Shown: in pieces, positions 9,462-18,683 of the stretch
Position numbering within the stretch: the stretch's first letter is position 1
Layout of the letters: every line of letters starts with the position of its first letter
NCBI GenBank assembly: GCA_038116985.1
Contig: JAYOEZ010000007.1
Span: 624-64,623, forward strand
Direction: 5' to 3'
Length of the DNA stretch: 64,000 bases
DNA from: Alphaproteobacteria bacterium
Lineage (GTDB): Bacteria > Pseudomonadota > Alphaproteobacteria > SHVP01
Made by a program: the position numbers and the translations under genes
Notes under the pieces: model-generated
Databases searched by the model: none
What the model was told of the DNA's origin: nothing
The model's input: only the letters and a program-made list of their open reading frames with translations

Positions 9462-10358
9462 CTACTCGAAGTTCGCCGCGTCGTACTGCGCCGCGTTCTT
9501 CAGGATATTGTCGGTTCCCAGCAGGTCGTTGATCTGCTTCAGGTCGTACATCCGGTTGCGGAAAGCATTCGTCGTGCCGTGCTTCTTCAGGCTCGCGAAG
9601 TATTCGCCCGCGAGCAGGCTGTAGGCGCGAAACAGGCCGCCCGGGAAGATAACGATCGAATAGCCCATGTCCTGCAGGTCCTGCGCCGAACCGATGGGTG
9701 TTGAGCCGCCCTCCACCATGTTCGCAAGCAGCGGCACGCGGCCCTTGAAACGCGCACACATGTCGCGCTGCTGGTCCTCGCTTTCGGGTGCCTCGATGAA
9801 CAGGATGTCAGCGCCCGCCTCGACGTAGCGCTCGGCGCGATCGAGAGCGGCTTCGTAGCCTTCGACGGCGATCGCATCGGTCCGCCCGATGATCAGAAAG
9901 TCGTCGCTCCGCCGTGCGTCGGCAGCGGCCTTGATCTTGCCGACCATCTCGCCCGCGCCAATCAGGCTCTTGCCCTTGAGGTGGCCGCAGCGCTTGGGGA
10001 ACGTCTGGTCTTCGAGCTGGATCGCGGTTGCGCCCGAGGCCTCGAACAGCTTCACCGTGCGCTGGGTGTTGATCGCATTGCCCCAGCCGGTGTCGCCGTC
10101 GACGATCAGCGGGATGTCGACCCGCTCGTCGATCAGCGAAACGGTCGTGGCCACCTCGTTCATGGACACGAGTCCGATGTCGGGCATGCCGAGCCGCGTG
10201 TAGGCGATCGAGGCGCCCGTGATGTAGCCCACGGAAAACCCGGCCTGCTGAACCATCATCGCTGAGAACGCGTCGAAGCAGCCGGGCGCAATGATGATCT
10301 CGTCGCCGGCGAGTTGTTCCTTCAGGGTGGGGTAGGGGCCGTGTCCGTTGTTGCTCAC
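9462..10358 (-). CDS. isocitrate lyase / PEP mutase superfamily lyase (methylisocitrate-lyase / oxaloacetate-decarboxylase-like)
   Basis: The ORF runs to 10853, but the conserved domain begins at GTG 10358 (VSNNGHGPY..., AGGAA RBS). Motifs DGDTGWG, QLEDQTFPKRCGH and GRTDA. The KRCGH motif indicates a lyase type rather than a PEP mutase. Confidence 0.8.
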   Translation of the reverse strand: MSNNGHGPYPTLKEQLAGDEIIIAPGCFDAFSAMMVQQAGFSVGYITGASIAYTRLGMPDIGLVSMNEVATTVSLIDERVDIPLIVDGDTGWGNAINTQRTVKLFEASGATAIQLEDQTFPKRCGHLKGKSLIGAGEMVGKIKAAADARRSDDFLIIGRTDAIAVEGYEAALDRAERYVEAGADILFIEAPESEDQQRDMCARFKGRVPLLANMVEGGSTPIGSAQDLQDMGYSIVIFPGGLFRAYSLLAGEYFASLKKHGTTNAFRNRMYDLKQINDLLGTDNILKNAAQYDAANFE

Positions 10359-10484
10359 GATGCTGAATTCCTGTCTGTTCGTCTGGATGGGCCGGGGCCG
10401 GTGGGTCAACGGCACGTGGCGGTCCGCGAGGCGGTACCATAGTGCAAGGGTCGGAGCCCCGAAAGGCCGGGAAAGGCGCGGAAC

Positions 10485-10736
10485 ATGGATGAAGGCCCAA
10501 TCATCACCTGGCGCATCGCGACGGGTCTCATCGGCGCGGGGATCGTCACCTTTGCCGTCGGCGTCGGCGGCTGGGTGTGGTTCTCGGCCGACGTCCTGCC
10601 CATCCTGCGCGACCACGGGCTCACCATCCTTATCGTACCCGGCATCGTGCTCTTCGTGATGCTGCTCGGCTTTGTTTGGTTCCAGGTGTTCTCGCTCATC
10701 CTCCGCATCCTTCGGTCCGAAGAGTACGATCCCTAG
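10485..10736 (+). CDS. possible small membrane protein (83 aa, 2-3 TM)
   Basis: Hydrophobic ORF in the gap between divergent genes. No recognisable family. Confidence 0.35.
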   Translation: MDEGPIITWRIATGLIGAGIVTFAVGVGGWVWFSADVLPILRDHGLTILIVPGIVLFVMLLGFVWFQVFSLILRILRSEEYDP

Positions 10737-10785
10737 CCCCCGCCCCGGAGGCCCTGCTAAGGTCCGCTCAAACCGGAGGAAGATA

Positions 10786-11643
10786 ATGGCCAATCTCGCC
10801 GAAACAGCACCCGACGTCGAAGCCCAGCTGCGCCCGGGCTCGGCATCCCACATGGTCCTGACCTACCTGCGCACCATGGAGGCGCGCGATCTCGACGCTG
10901 CAAAGGCGATGCTTGCGCCTGGCTTCCACATGGTGTTTCCGGGCGACTGCCACTTCGACACGCTTGAGGATTTGATCGCCTACGGTAAGGGCCGCCAAGG
11001 GACCGCCCTCAAGATCTTTGATCGCTTCGACGAGGCCGAGGTCGCCGACGGCACCGTGGTCTACGCCTGGGGTACGCTCTACGGCAAGAAGCTCGATATG
11101 AAGACTGAGTACAGCGGCATCCGCTTCATCGACCGTTTTCTCGTGCGCGACGGCAAGTTCGTGAGCCAGATGGTGTGGAACGATATGGGCGAGCACGGCT
11201 TCGGTCCGGGCGACCGTCCCATCCCGCCCAACCCGCCGCCGCGGGGCGACGAAACGGCGGAGGGCGAGGCGTCCCGGACGGTGCTCAAGTACCTGCGCAC
11301 CATGGAAGCGCGAGATCTCGATGCGGCGCGCGCGATGCTCGGGCCAGGCTTCTTCACCATCTTCATGGGCGGGCACCGGTTTACGACGCCCGAGGAACTC
11401 GTCGCGTTCCAGAAAGGCCGTCAGCAGAACACGTGGAAGGCATTCCGGCGATTCGACGAGGTCGCGGCCGATGACGGCACCGTCGTTTATTGCTATGGCA
11501 CGCTGCAGGGCGAGAGGCCCGACGGCACCAAGTACCAGAATATCCGCTACATCGACCGCTTTACCCTGCGCGACGGCAAGATCGTCGACCAGATGGTGTG
11601 GAACGACATGGCCGAGCACGGCTTCTCGCGCACGCGGGTCTAG
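10786..11643 (+). CDS. tandem-duplicated NTF2-like (SnoaL-type) protein
   Basis: 285 aa from ATG 10786 (GGAGGA RBS). Two ~130-aa halves are clearly homologous (YLRTMEARDLDAA[KR]AML..., ...IDRF.[LV]RDGK.V.QMVWNDM.EHGF). Confidence 0.8.
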   Translation: MANLAETAPDVEAQLRPGSASHMVLTYLRTMEARDLDAAKAMLAPGFHMVFPGDCHFDTLEDLIAYGKGRQGTALKIFDRFDEAEVADGTVVYAWGTLYGKKLDMKTEYSGIRFIDRFLVRDGKFVSQMVWNDMGEHGFGPGDRPIPPNPPPRGDETAEGEASRTVLKYLRTMEARDLDAARAMLGPGFFTIFMGGHRFTTPEELVAFQKGRQQNTWKAFRRFDEVAADDGTVVYCYGTLQGERPDGTKYQNIRYIDRFTLRDGKIVDQMVWNDMAEHGFSRTRV

Positions 11644-11771
11644 TCAGCGCAATTGCCGACTGGCGCCGATCCTCGGAACGGCCCGGTAGCCTTTGGTTTC
11701 TGCGCCGCTCGGCGCCATTGGCCTGCGGTCAGCCCCGGCGGTAGACTATGTCTCCCGACAAGGAGGCATAC

Positions 11772-12884
11772 ATGACCCGTCAGGCATCCCACGGCGCGTT
11801 CCCGGATATCAATCACGACGAGATGGCGCGGCAGGACTTCGCACTGCGACTTCGCGAATACGTCGCCGGCGACATTGTCGGCGGGAACGACGACGTCTAC
11901 CGCCTCGACGTTGAACCTGCTTTTGAACGCACACACGGCCGCAAGCCCGAATCGCGCAAGGAAGTCCGCCAGGCGATGGAGCGCCACCCCTATCACCAGG
12001 CGTGGGGATCGCTGAACCGCGCGACCCAGGAAATCATCTGGGATTCGGTGCAGGACTCGCTCGACCGTCAAGACGACGCGCTCAACAAGCGCATCGCCAA
12101 CACGGGCAAAGCCAAGGGCTCTCTTCGGCTGGACCCGTCGGTCAAGGCGCCCAAGTACCTGACCGCAGTGGACATCCATTGCATGCCGGGCAACTACCAC
12201 ACGGAATATACGGACGATGACGCCTACCAGGGCGCGCTCCTCGACCGCGGCGCATTCATCTACGCGCGCGGTGGCCGCGGCGCCTACCACGATTCGTTTG
12301 GTCGCGACCTGCTCGCCTACCTCGACAAGGCCCGCCCCGGATTCCAACCCAAACGCATCCTCGACATGGGTGCCGGGCCTGGCCAGGTCACATGTGTCTT
12401 TGCCGAACGCTACCCAGACGCCGAGATTCACGCGATCGACGTCGGCGCGCCGCTCCTGCGCTACGGCCACAAACGCGCCGAATCGCTTGGCTACGCGATT
12501 CACTTCTCGCAACAGGATGTCGAGCATACGGATTTTGCGGACGAGAGTTTCGACCTCATCATCTCGTGCATCATGATGCACGAAACCTCTTCGAAGGCGT
12601 TGCGCAACTACCTGAAGGAAACCCATCGCCTGCTCGCGCCGGGTGGCATGGCGCTGCACATGGATTTCCCGCACAACGAAGACAAGACGCCTTATCTGCA
12701 GGCAATGGTCGATTGGAGCACGCACTACAATGCCGAACCCTACATCGGCACGCTCGGCGACACGGACTGGGCGGAGGTCGCGGTGCAACAGGGTTTCTCC
12801 CACAACGCGGCCGCCGTCGTGCCGATGTCCAGCGTCGTGCAGCGCAACCACATGTACGTGCTCGACGCGCGCAAGCCGGAGTGA
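11772..12884 (+). CDS. class I SAM-dependent methyltransferase with N-terminal domain (paralog 2 of 3)
   Basis: 370 aa from ATG 11772 (AGGAGG RBS). ILDMGAGPG, AEIHAIDVGAP, FADESFDLIISCIMMHE and LLAPGGMALH. N-terminal domain contains HCMPGNYHTEYTDDDAYQGALLD. Confidence 0.85.
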   Translation: MTRQASHGAFPDINHDEMARQDFALRLREYVAGDIVGGNDDVYRLDVEPAFERTHGRKPESRKEVRQAMERHPYHQAWGSLNRATQEIIWDSVQDSLDRQDDALNKRIANTGKAKGSLRLDPSVKAPKYLTAVDIHCMPGNYHTEYTDDDAYQGALLDRGAFIYARGGRGAYHDSFGRDLLAYLDKARPGFQPKRILDMGAGPGQVTCVFAERYPDAEIHAIDVGAPLLRYGHKRAESLGYAIHFSQQDVEHTDFADESFDLIISCIMMHETSSKALRNYLKETHRLLAPGGMALHMDFPHNEDKTPYLQAMVDWSTHYNAEPYIGTLGDTDWAEVAVQQGFSHNAAAVVPMSSVVQRNHMYVLDARKPE

Positions 12885-12988
12885 CCGGCTAGCGTCGGCC
12901 TTGGGTTAGTTCTAGCCCGTTGCCAAACGGTTCGACGGTGAATCCTCGCTCAACGCTGGGGATTCTTGTACCGGCCTAACAAGGGGTA

Positions 12989-13008
12989 GCCGGCGGCGCG
13001 CCGCCGGC
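12989..13008. terminator. GC-rich palindrome between convergent genes (possible bidirectional terminator)
   Basis: Perfect 20-nt palindrome GCCGGCGGCGCGCCGCCGGC. There is no clear U-tract on either strand. Confidence 0.3.
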
Positions 13009-13025
13009 CGGCCAAAGTGAGACCA

Positions 13026-13418
13026 CTAACGGTCGCCCTGATCGACGAACTCGCCGGTCCAGAAACGGACCCGCGTGAACTTTCCGTCCTCGCCGAAATC
13101 GAAGAAGTTGCAGTTCTCCATGTCGAACTGCGCCCCGTCCTTGCGGTCGTTGCGATAGACGATCTCCACCGCGCAAGTGCCACGCTCGGCGTCGACAACA
13201 AAGTTCGTCACTTCGTGCACCATAGCGTCGGTGTTGGCGCATAGGTCTGTAAAGAAGGCGCGCAGTTCGTCGTGCCCTTTGAGGCGCATGTCGCTGGACT
13301 CGCACGTCAGGGTCGCGTCGCTTGCGAAGCAGGCAACAGTGCCCTCGACGTCGCCCGAGTCCATCGCGCCGAAGTACCCCTTCACCACGGCGTCGATAAA
13401 GAACTGCCGGTCGCGCAC
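13026..13418 (-). CDS. NTF2-like / SnoaL-like protein
   Basis: About 130 aa from GTG 13418, 3 nt after the TGA of the upstream lipoprotein ORF. FFIDAVVKGYFGAMDSGDVEGTVACFASDATL has typical SnoaL-like N-terminal helices. The longer ORF to 13571 overlaps the lipoprotein gene. Confidence 0.65.
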   Translation of the reverse strand: MRDRQFFIDAVVKGYFGAMDSGDVEGTVACFASDATLTCESSDMRLKGHDELRAFFTDLCANTDAMVHEVTNFVVDAERGTCAVEIVYRNDRKDGAQFDMENCNFFDFGEDGKFTRVRFWTGEFVDQGDR

Positions 13419-13420
13419 GA

Positions 13421-13654
13421 TCAGGGCAGGTTGTGGGTGGGGAACTGGCGAGTGGAGCGCGATCTGATCCGTTCCGCCTCCGCCTGCTCGGCGCGGACGC
13501 ACTCGCGATAGCCTTCCGTGCCCCTCGGATGGGCCCGATGGCAGCGCTCGGTGATGCTGAGCGTGCCGCAACCGGCGACGACCCCGCTCGCCCCGATGGC
13601 CAAGGCGACAAACAGCCCGGCAGGCAGCCGGCGCGCAATCCCCCCGCGTCGCAT
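13421..13654 (-). CDS. small lipoprotein
   Basis: 77 aa. Signal peptide with lipobox VVAGC. Directly coupled to the downstream NTF2-like gene. Confidence 0.5.
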   Translation of the reverse strand: MRRGGIARRLPAGLFVALAIGASGVVAGCGTLSITERCHRAHPRGTEGYRECVRAEQAEAERIRSRSTRQFPTHNLP

Positions 13655-13668
13655 CGCGACTCTGTCCG

Positions 13669-14244
13669 CTACTCGGCGGCCTCCGTCAGGGGGACAACCG
13701 GGCAGTTGTCCTCTTTCTCGACGAGGTCGTAGACGAAGATGAACTTCGCCATTCCCGTCAGGATGCCTGCGACCATGCCGAGTTCGAAGATCTGGGCGTC
13801 GTCGAAATGCGGCTTGAGCTCGTCATAAAGCTTCTGGTCGAGATGCCCGTTCATGTTGGTCATGACGATCTGATCGGCGACCCGCAGCACGGCGCGTTCC
13901 TTCGCATCGAAGCAGTCGGCGTCCTCGTTCATGATCCAGCGCAGTTGCTCGGATGTGACGCCCTGCTTCTGCGCGGCGTCGCGGTTGCCTTTGTTGCAAT
14001 AGGCGCACCCGTGCGTCATCGACAGCCGATAGCGCAGGATTTCCTTGAGGCGCGGCTCGACGCGCCCGCCGTAGAACAGCCGACCGTAGAACTCGTCCTT
14101 GTACCATTCCATGAGTTCCGGGGCGTTGGCGCCGACCTCGTTCATGGTGGCGTCGTCGCGCAGCGCCTTGGCGGTATCGAAGTCCGCGCGCATGCGCTCC
14201 GTCATCTCCTCGCGCGGAACGCGGCGAAGCACTGGATTCGGCAT
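13669..14244 (-). CDS. carboxymuconolactone decarboxylase (AhpD-like) family protein
   Basis: 191 aa. MTHGCAYCNKGN contains the CxxC motif of the CMD/AhpD family in an all-helical context. Confidence 0.75.
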   Translation of the reverse strand: MPNPVLRRVPREEMTERMRADFDTAKALRDDATMNEVGANAPELMEWYKDEFYGRLFYGGRVEPRLKEILRYRLSMTHGCAYCNKGNRDAAQKQGVTSEQLRWIMNEDADCFDAKERAVLRVADQIVMTNMNGHLDQKLYDELKPHFDDAQIFELGMVAGILTGMAKFIFVYDLVEKEDNCPVVPLTEAAE

Positions 14245-14314
14245 GATCTCTCTCCCTTGAAACCTCCCCCATCATCGCAGGCGCCGTGGGGGTGCCGCAA
14301 CCTCGACCGAGAAC

Positions 14315-15082
14315 CTAGCGGTGAGCCTCCAGCGCGGCGCGCAATTCCGGCCTTTCCCGCAGCACGCGCCGGGCGTAGTAGTCGAACTTGCCGTCGAAAA
14401 TCCACTGCGAGCCGAGGAATTTCTTGGACTGGCGGGCCGCGGCCTCGGGCATCGGATCCAGGGTGCCGGCTGACATCCCCCGGACCTGGACCGCAGCGGC
14501 GGCCTCAAGGACCTGCGCGGCGACCGTTGCTTCCCGCACCGTGTCGCCGACCACCACAATGCCGTGGTTCTTCAGTATGGCCGCCCGGTTGTCGCCGAGG
14601 GCTGCGGCGACGCGGTCGGTCTCGCCTTCGCCCTCGAGGAAGACGCCGTGGTGCTCGTTGAACAGGGTGATGTCCTCGAAAAAGATCGATGCCTGTTGGT
14701 CGATCATCTCAAGCGTCGCGCCGATCGACGACAATGCCATGGCGTTCAGCGCATGGGTGTGGACGATAGCGTTTACATCCGGGCGCCGTCGGTACACTGC
14801 GGCATGCACGTCGAGCGCCGGGCTGATCTCGCCGGGGCCGGAAATCACCTTCAGGTCGAGGTCGACCTCGTGTAACTCATCCGGCATCGCCTCGTCGAAT
14901 CCTAACCCGAATCGGTTCGACCAGAAGGTCGACGCGCCCGGCATGCGCGCCGTGATATGCCCGGCGATGTCGAGCGCCTGGCCCTCGCGATCGAGGATGT
15001 GGTGCGCCAGAACCAGGTCGCGCTGGAGGCTTTGTAGATCGCTGCGCGGTTCGTTCGCGAAGAGCTTGATGACAGTCGACAT
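14315..15082 (-). CDS. class II aldolase / adducin-domain protein
   Basis: 255 aa from ATG 15082 (GGAGG RBS). IAGHITAR, VHTHALNAMALS and NHGIVVVG motifs. The upstream ORF extension to 15880 has non-protein-like Arg/Pro composition. Confidence 0.8.
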   Translation of the reverse strand: MSTVIKLFANEPRSDLQSLQRDLVLAHHILDREGQALDIAGHITARMPGASTFWSNRFGLGFDEAMPDELHEVDLDLKVISGPGEISPALDVHAAVYRRRPDVNAIVHTHALNAMALSSIGATLEMIDQQASIFFEDITLFNEHHGVFLEGEGETDRVAAALGDNRAAILKNHGIVVVGDTVREATVAAQVLEAAAAVQVRGMSAGTLDPMPEAAARQSKKFLGSQWIFDGKFDYYARRVLRERPELRAALEAHR

Positions 15083-15144
15083 GTTCGGACCTCCCTGAGT
15101 CGCGTCGATTCTCCACACCCGCAACGGGTGGGCAAGGTGTGGCG

Positions 15145-16104
15145 TCAAGTCGCTCGCGCGATCGCCTCGGCGCTGTCCGACACCTTCTCCACAGGCAGCG
15201 TTGCCAGGTCGGCCTCTTGCAGCACCCTCACCGAACTGCCGCGTGGCCGGGTCTGTTCCGGCACCGATGCCGCCGAGAAGAGCACGACCGAGGGGCAATT
15301 CACCGCGGCAATGATGTGCATTGGACCGGTGTCGTTGCCGATCGCGACGCGGGCGTGGCGTGCCAGTTCGGCGATCGCGCCGAGCGAAGTGTTCCCGCAA
15401 AGGTCCACCGTACCGGGTGCGCCGGCGACGATACGCGTAATCTCCGCGCGCTCCGCGTCGGCACCGATCGCGACTGGAGTGATCCCGGCCTTGTGTAGCG
15501 CCTGTGCGAGGGCGGCGTAGTGCTCTGCCGGCCAGCGCTTGTCCGGCCGGTGCGCGGCGCCACCCGGCACGAGTAGTGCGTAAGGGCCTTGGGGCTGCAG
15601 CTCGGCGACATCGTCGGTCAGCCATGACAGGTCCGGCGCCGGTGTTGCCGCGATTCCGGCATCCGCCAGTTGCTCGGCGAGACGCTCCAGCGTGTGCATG
15701 TGGTTGCGCTGCGGATTGGCGTGCGGGTGCGAGCAGCCGGCAGCGATTCCGGACCATTCCGGCGGATTGCGCCCGAAAAAGCGGAAGTAGGCATGCGTGC
15801 GGTCGGTGTGCTGCAGGTCGTAGATTCTCTCGAACCCGCTGCCGACGATGAAGCGGCGCAGTTTGAGCCATTTCCCCCACTGCAGTGCACCGGGCTTCGG
15901 ATCGATCTCGATCGCATCGAACAACCTGCTTGCCTGCGCCATCGCTGCAAACGGTGCGGTCGTCAGGAGCGTGATGTGCGCGCCTCTGTGGTGCTCGCGG
16001 ATCGCCTGGAAAGCCCCTTGCGCCAGGATGAAGTCGCCCAGTGCGCTGTGCTTGATGACCAGGATGCGGCGGTGCCGAGGCAAGGTTTCCTGCATGACAC
16101 GCAT
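15145..16104 (-). CDS. glycosyltransferase family 9 (heptosyltransferase-like)
   Basis: About 319 aa from ATG 16104 or 16095. ILVIKHSALGDFILAQGAF, LVPGGAAHRPDKRWP and IGNDTGPMHIIAA are GT9 hallmarks. Confidence 0.8.
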   Translation of the reverse strand: MRVMQETLPRHRRILVIKHSALGDFILAQGAFQAIREHHRGAHITLLTTAPFAAMAQASRLFDAIEIDPKPGALQWGKWLKLRRFIVGSGFERIYDLQHTDRTHAYFRFFGRNPPEWSGIAAGCSHPHANPQRNHMHTLERLAEQLADAGIAATPAPDLSWLTDDVAELQPQGPYALLVPGGAAHRPDKRWPAEHYAALAQALHKAGITPVAIGADAERAEITRIVAGAPGTVDLCGNTSLGAIAELARHARVAIGNDTGPMHIIAAVNCPSVVLFSAASVPEQTRPRGSSVRVLQEADLATLPVEKVSDSAEAIARAT

Positions 16105-16179
16105 TAATACCCCGCGCCGCAGCCCGGCGCGAAGCCCGAAGGACTTGACCGCGCAGCCTGCGACCGGTTCCATCGGCGG

Positions 16180-17016
16180 ATGGTCGATTTCAAACGCCCC
16201 GCTCTCGTCGAAGAAATCCGTGTACCGCGGCTGCGCATCAGCTACCTCGACTGGCCGGGCGATGCGCCGCCGATCGTGCTGCTCCACCCCAACCGCACCA
16301 ATGCGCGGGTCTGGGACTTCGTAGTCGACGCCAGCACGCTTCCAAACCGCTTCATTGCGCCGGACGCCCGCGGCCACGGCTTCAGCGACTACCCGGAACG
16401 CGACTACGTGCTCCAGGAATATGTCTGGGACCTGATGGAGTTTCTGGACGAATTGCAGGTTCCGCAAGCCGTTCTCGTCGGCGCCGCCACGGGCGGCAAC
16501 ATCGCGCTGCTCACCGCGTCGCAGCACCCCGGCCGTATCGCGGCACTGATCGTCGCCGATCCCGGTCTGTCGCTCGACAAGAAGATCAGCGCCGACGTGA
16601 AGGACGAGATCGTCAGCAAGGCGCGGTTCCCCGATTTCGAGACCGCCAAGGCCGAGATGCCGTTCTCCAGCCTTTGGTCCCAGGACATGAAGGACCACTT
16701 TGCGGAACACAGCTTCCGCCGCCTCGATTCAGGTGAAGTCGAGTGGCGCTATTACCCGCAAGGCGCCCAGTACACCGAAGGCGTTCTCGAGAACGACATG
16801 TGGGACGACATCAAGGTGACCTGCCCGACGCTGATGATGCGCGGCGACCGCTCAGAGGTCTTCCCGGCCCACAACATGGAACGCCTGCAGTCGCTGATCC
16901 CGGAGTCGGAAGCGCAGGACGTGTCGGGCTGCGATCACCGCATCAGCCAGGACCAGCCTGAACGCATGGCCGAATTGGTCGACGACTTCCTTCGCCGTCG
17001 CCTCTTTTCGGCCTAG
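16180..17016 (+). CDS. alpha/beta-fold protein with atypical elbow G-A-A-T-G-G
   Basis: 278 aa. IVLLHPN, PDARGHGFSD, LVGAATGGNIALL where GxSxGG is expected, MRGDRSEVF (acid) and GCDHRISQDQP (His). Its stop shares CTAG with the convergent gene. Confidence 0.8.
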   Translation: MVDFKRPALVEEIRVPRLRISYLDWPGDAPPIVLLHPNRTNARVWDFVVDASTLPNRFIAPDARGHGFSDYPERDYVLQEYVWDLMEFLDELQVPQAVLVGAATGGNIALLTASQHPGRIAALIVADPGLSLDKKISADVKDEIVSKARFPDFETAKAEMPFSSLWSQDMKDHFAEHSFRRLDSGEVEWRYYPQGAQYTEGVLENDMWDDIKVTCPTLMMRGDRSEVFPAHNMERLQSLIPESEAQDVSGCDHRISQDQPERMAELVDDFLRRRLFSA

Positions 17017-18683
17017 GCGTCGAGGAAGCGCCGCAGCGGCACTGCTCGGTCTACCGCCGCGATCGGAACGACGCTGGTGTCCGAGCCTTCCACGAGCTTC
17101 GCGCTAGCTTCCCGAAATGCCGCAAACGGATCGTTCTCAGCGGCGCAGACGAGCGTCGGTCCCTGGATCGAGGACAGGCGACTGGCGAGATCGTCCCCCA
17201 GCAATGTGCGCCACGTATCCGCATAGTTCGCGCGTTGCTTGAGTACGCCGATCAGGCGCGTGGTCAGGCGAACGGGCTCGACATCGGGTTCGATGTCTCT
17301 CACCGCCGAAAGCGATTCGTCGTACCAGGGCCAGTACAGCTGTTCGTTACGCAGCGCGTGCCACAGTTTCAGGAGATGCCCGCCCTCGGGTTCGAGCGCA
17401 ATGGGGGCGGCGTAGCGGGGCAGAAGCGTCTCGCGCATGTCCGCGTCCGGCGTCACCGCACCGTCGAGGATCAGCTTGCCAACCGTGTCGGGTGATCGTT
17501 GTGCAAGGGCCGCGGCGACTGTCCCGCCGCCGCCGTGCCCGTAAATGTCGGCACGGTCGATGCCGAGCGCCGCCAAGACCTCCCGAACGGCGTCCGCCTG
17601 CGCGTCGATGGACAGCACGCGGTCGAGATCTGAATCGCCGTTGCCCGGCGGATCGATCGCGATAACGCGTCGGCGCCGCGCCATAGCGCGCATGAGCGCC
17701 TCGTAGCTCTCGCTCGATCCGGGGATGTGCGGCAATATGACAAGCGGACGGCCATCGGGATCGCCGGTTTCGCGTACCAGAATCTCTCCATCCTGCCATG
17801 CGACGAAGCGGCGGGAGATCCGGCCCTTCGCGGTTGTCGTTTCGGGCGGCGCTGATGCCGATTCATCCGGAAGATGGTCGGCAATGATCTCGGCATAACG
17901 CCGCGCCGCTGCGCCGTCGTCGGCAGGCAACGTTTCCGTCCACGCGCAATCGGGCAGGGCGCCAAGCTGTCGCAGCGATTCGTTCAGCGAATCCTCAGCC
18001 CGACCTGCAAAGCACGTCGGAACCTGGAGATCGCGCACGACCTCGATTTCGGGATAGCGGAACACCGCGGCATAGCCCTTGGCATAACCGGCCCCGGCCA
18101 TGAAGCCGGCCAGCGTCATCCGGTGGAGCATGTCGAGGTCGCGCGCCCCGGCCGCGGCCCGTGTTGACTTGCGCCGGTCGTACCACGGCCAATAGATGCT
18201 CATTTCCCGGTAGCGCAGCCAGAAGTCGACGAGGTGCAGGCCGGTCCACACCGGTTGCCAGGGCGGTAGGTACTCGCGCTCCATTTCGGCGCGCTCGTGG
18301 TCCGGCCAGGCCGGATAGCCGTCGAACAGGGCGACCGACACGCGCTCGGGGTAGCGGCGCGCGAACTCGATCGCGATGGTTGCGCCGGTATGCGAGCCGA
18401 ACAGCGCGCAGCGCCCGATTCCCAGCGCGTCGAGCGTGTCGGCCAACGCCTCGGCGTAGTCGCCGATCTCCGGCGCGGCGACGGGCAGAGGATCGGACAG
18501 GCCATAGCCCGGCGTGTCCAGAGCGATGGCCGCGTAGTTTTGCCCGAAGGTCTCGACGAAGGTCGTTAGCGCCCAGGAGGAACTCGGACTGGCGTGCAGC
18601 AGCACGACAGGTGGGCCGTCGCCGGCGCGCCGGTAGTGGACCTGGCGGTCGCCGACCGAAACGAAGTGCCGCGTGATCGTCAC
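17013..18683 (-). CDS. tandem two-domain alpha/beta-fold protein A (elbows G-S-H-T-G and G-H-G-G-G)
   Basis: 556 aa from GTG 18683, which forms a GTGA overlap with the stop of the upstream paralog. Domain 1 has VVLLHASPSS, DTPGYGLSD and LFGSHTGATIAIEFA. Domain 2 has DPPGNGDSD and IYGHGGGGTVAAALA. Confidence 0.8.
   Translation of the reverse strand: MTITRHFVSVGDRQVHYRRAGDGPPVVLLHASPSSSWALTTFVETFGQNYAAIALDTPGYGLSDPLPVAAPEIGDYAEALADTLDALGIGRCALFGSHTGATIAIEFARRYPERVSVALFDGYPAWPDHERAEMEREYLPPWQPVWTGLHLVDFWLRYREMSIYWPWYDRRKSTRAAAGARDLDMLHRMTLAGFMAGAGYAKGYAAVFRYPEIEVVRDLQVPTCFAGRAEDSLNESLRQLGALPDCAWTETLPADDGAAARRYAEIIADHLPDESASAPPETTTAKGRISRRFVAWQDGEILVRETGDPDGRPLVILPHIPGSSESYEALMRAMARRRRVIAIDPPGNGDSDLDRVLSIDAQADAVREVLAALGIDRADIYGHGGGGTVAAALAQRSPDTVGKLILDGAVTPDADMRETLLPRYAAPIALEPEGGHLLKLWHALRNEQLYWPWYDESLSAVRDIEPDVEPVRLTTRLIGVLKQRANYADTWRTLLGDDLASRLSSIQGPTLVCAAENDPFAAFREASAKLVEGSDTSVVPIAAVDRAVPLRRFLDA

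Noticed and set aside
9462-10358. A PEP-mutase-superfamily gene, which might have indicated a phosphonate biosynthesis cluster.
   Set aside because: The active-site segment reads EDQTFPKRCGH, the KRCGH type of isocitrate/methylisocitrate lyases, not the EDK.....NS type of PEP mutases. No phosphonopyruvate decarboxylase or other phosphonate genes are adjacent.
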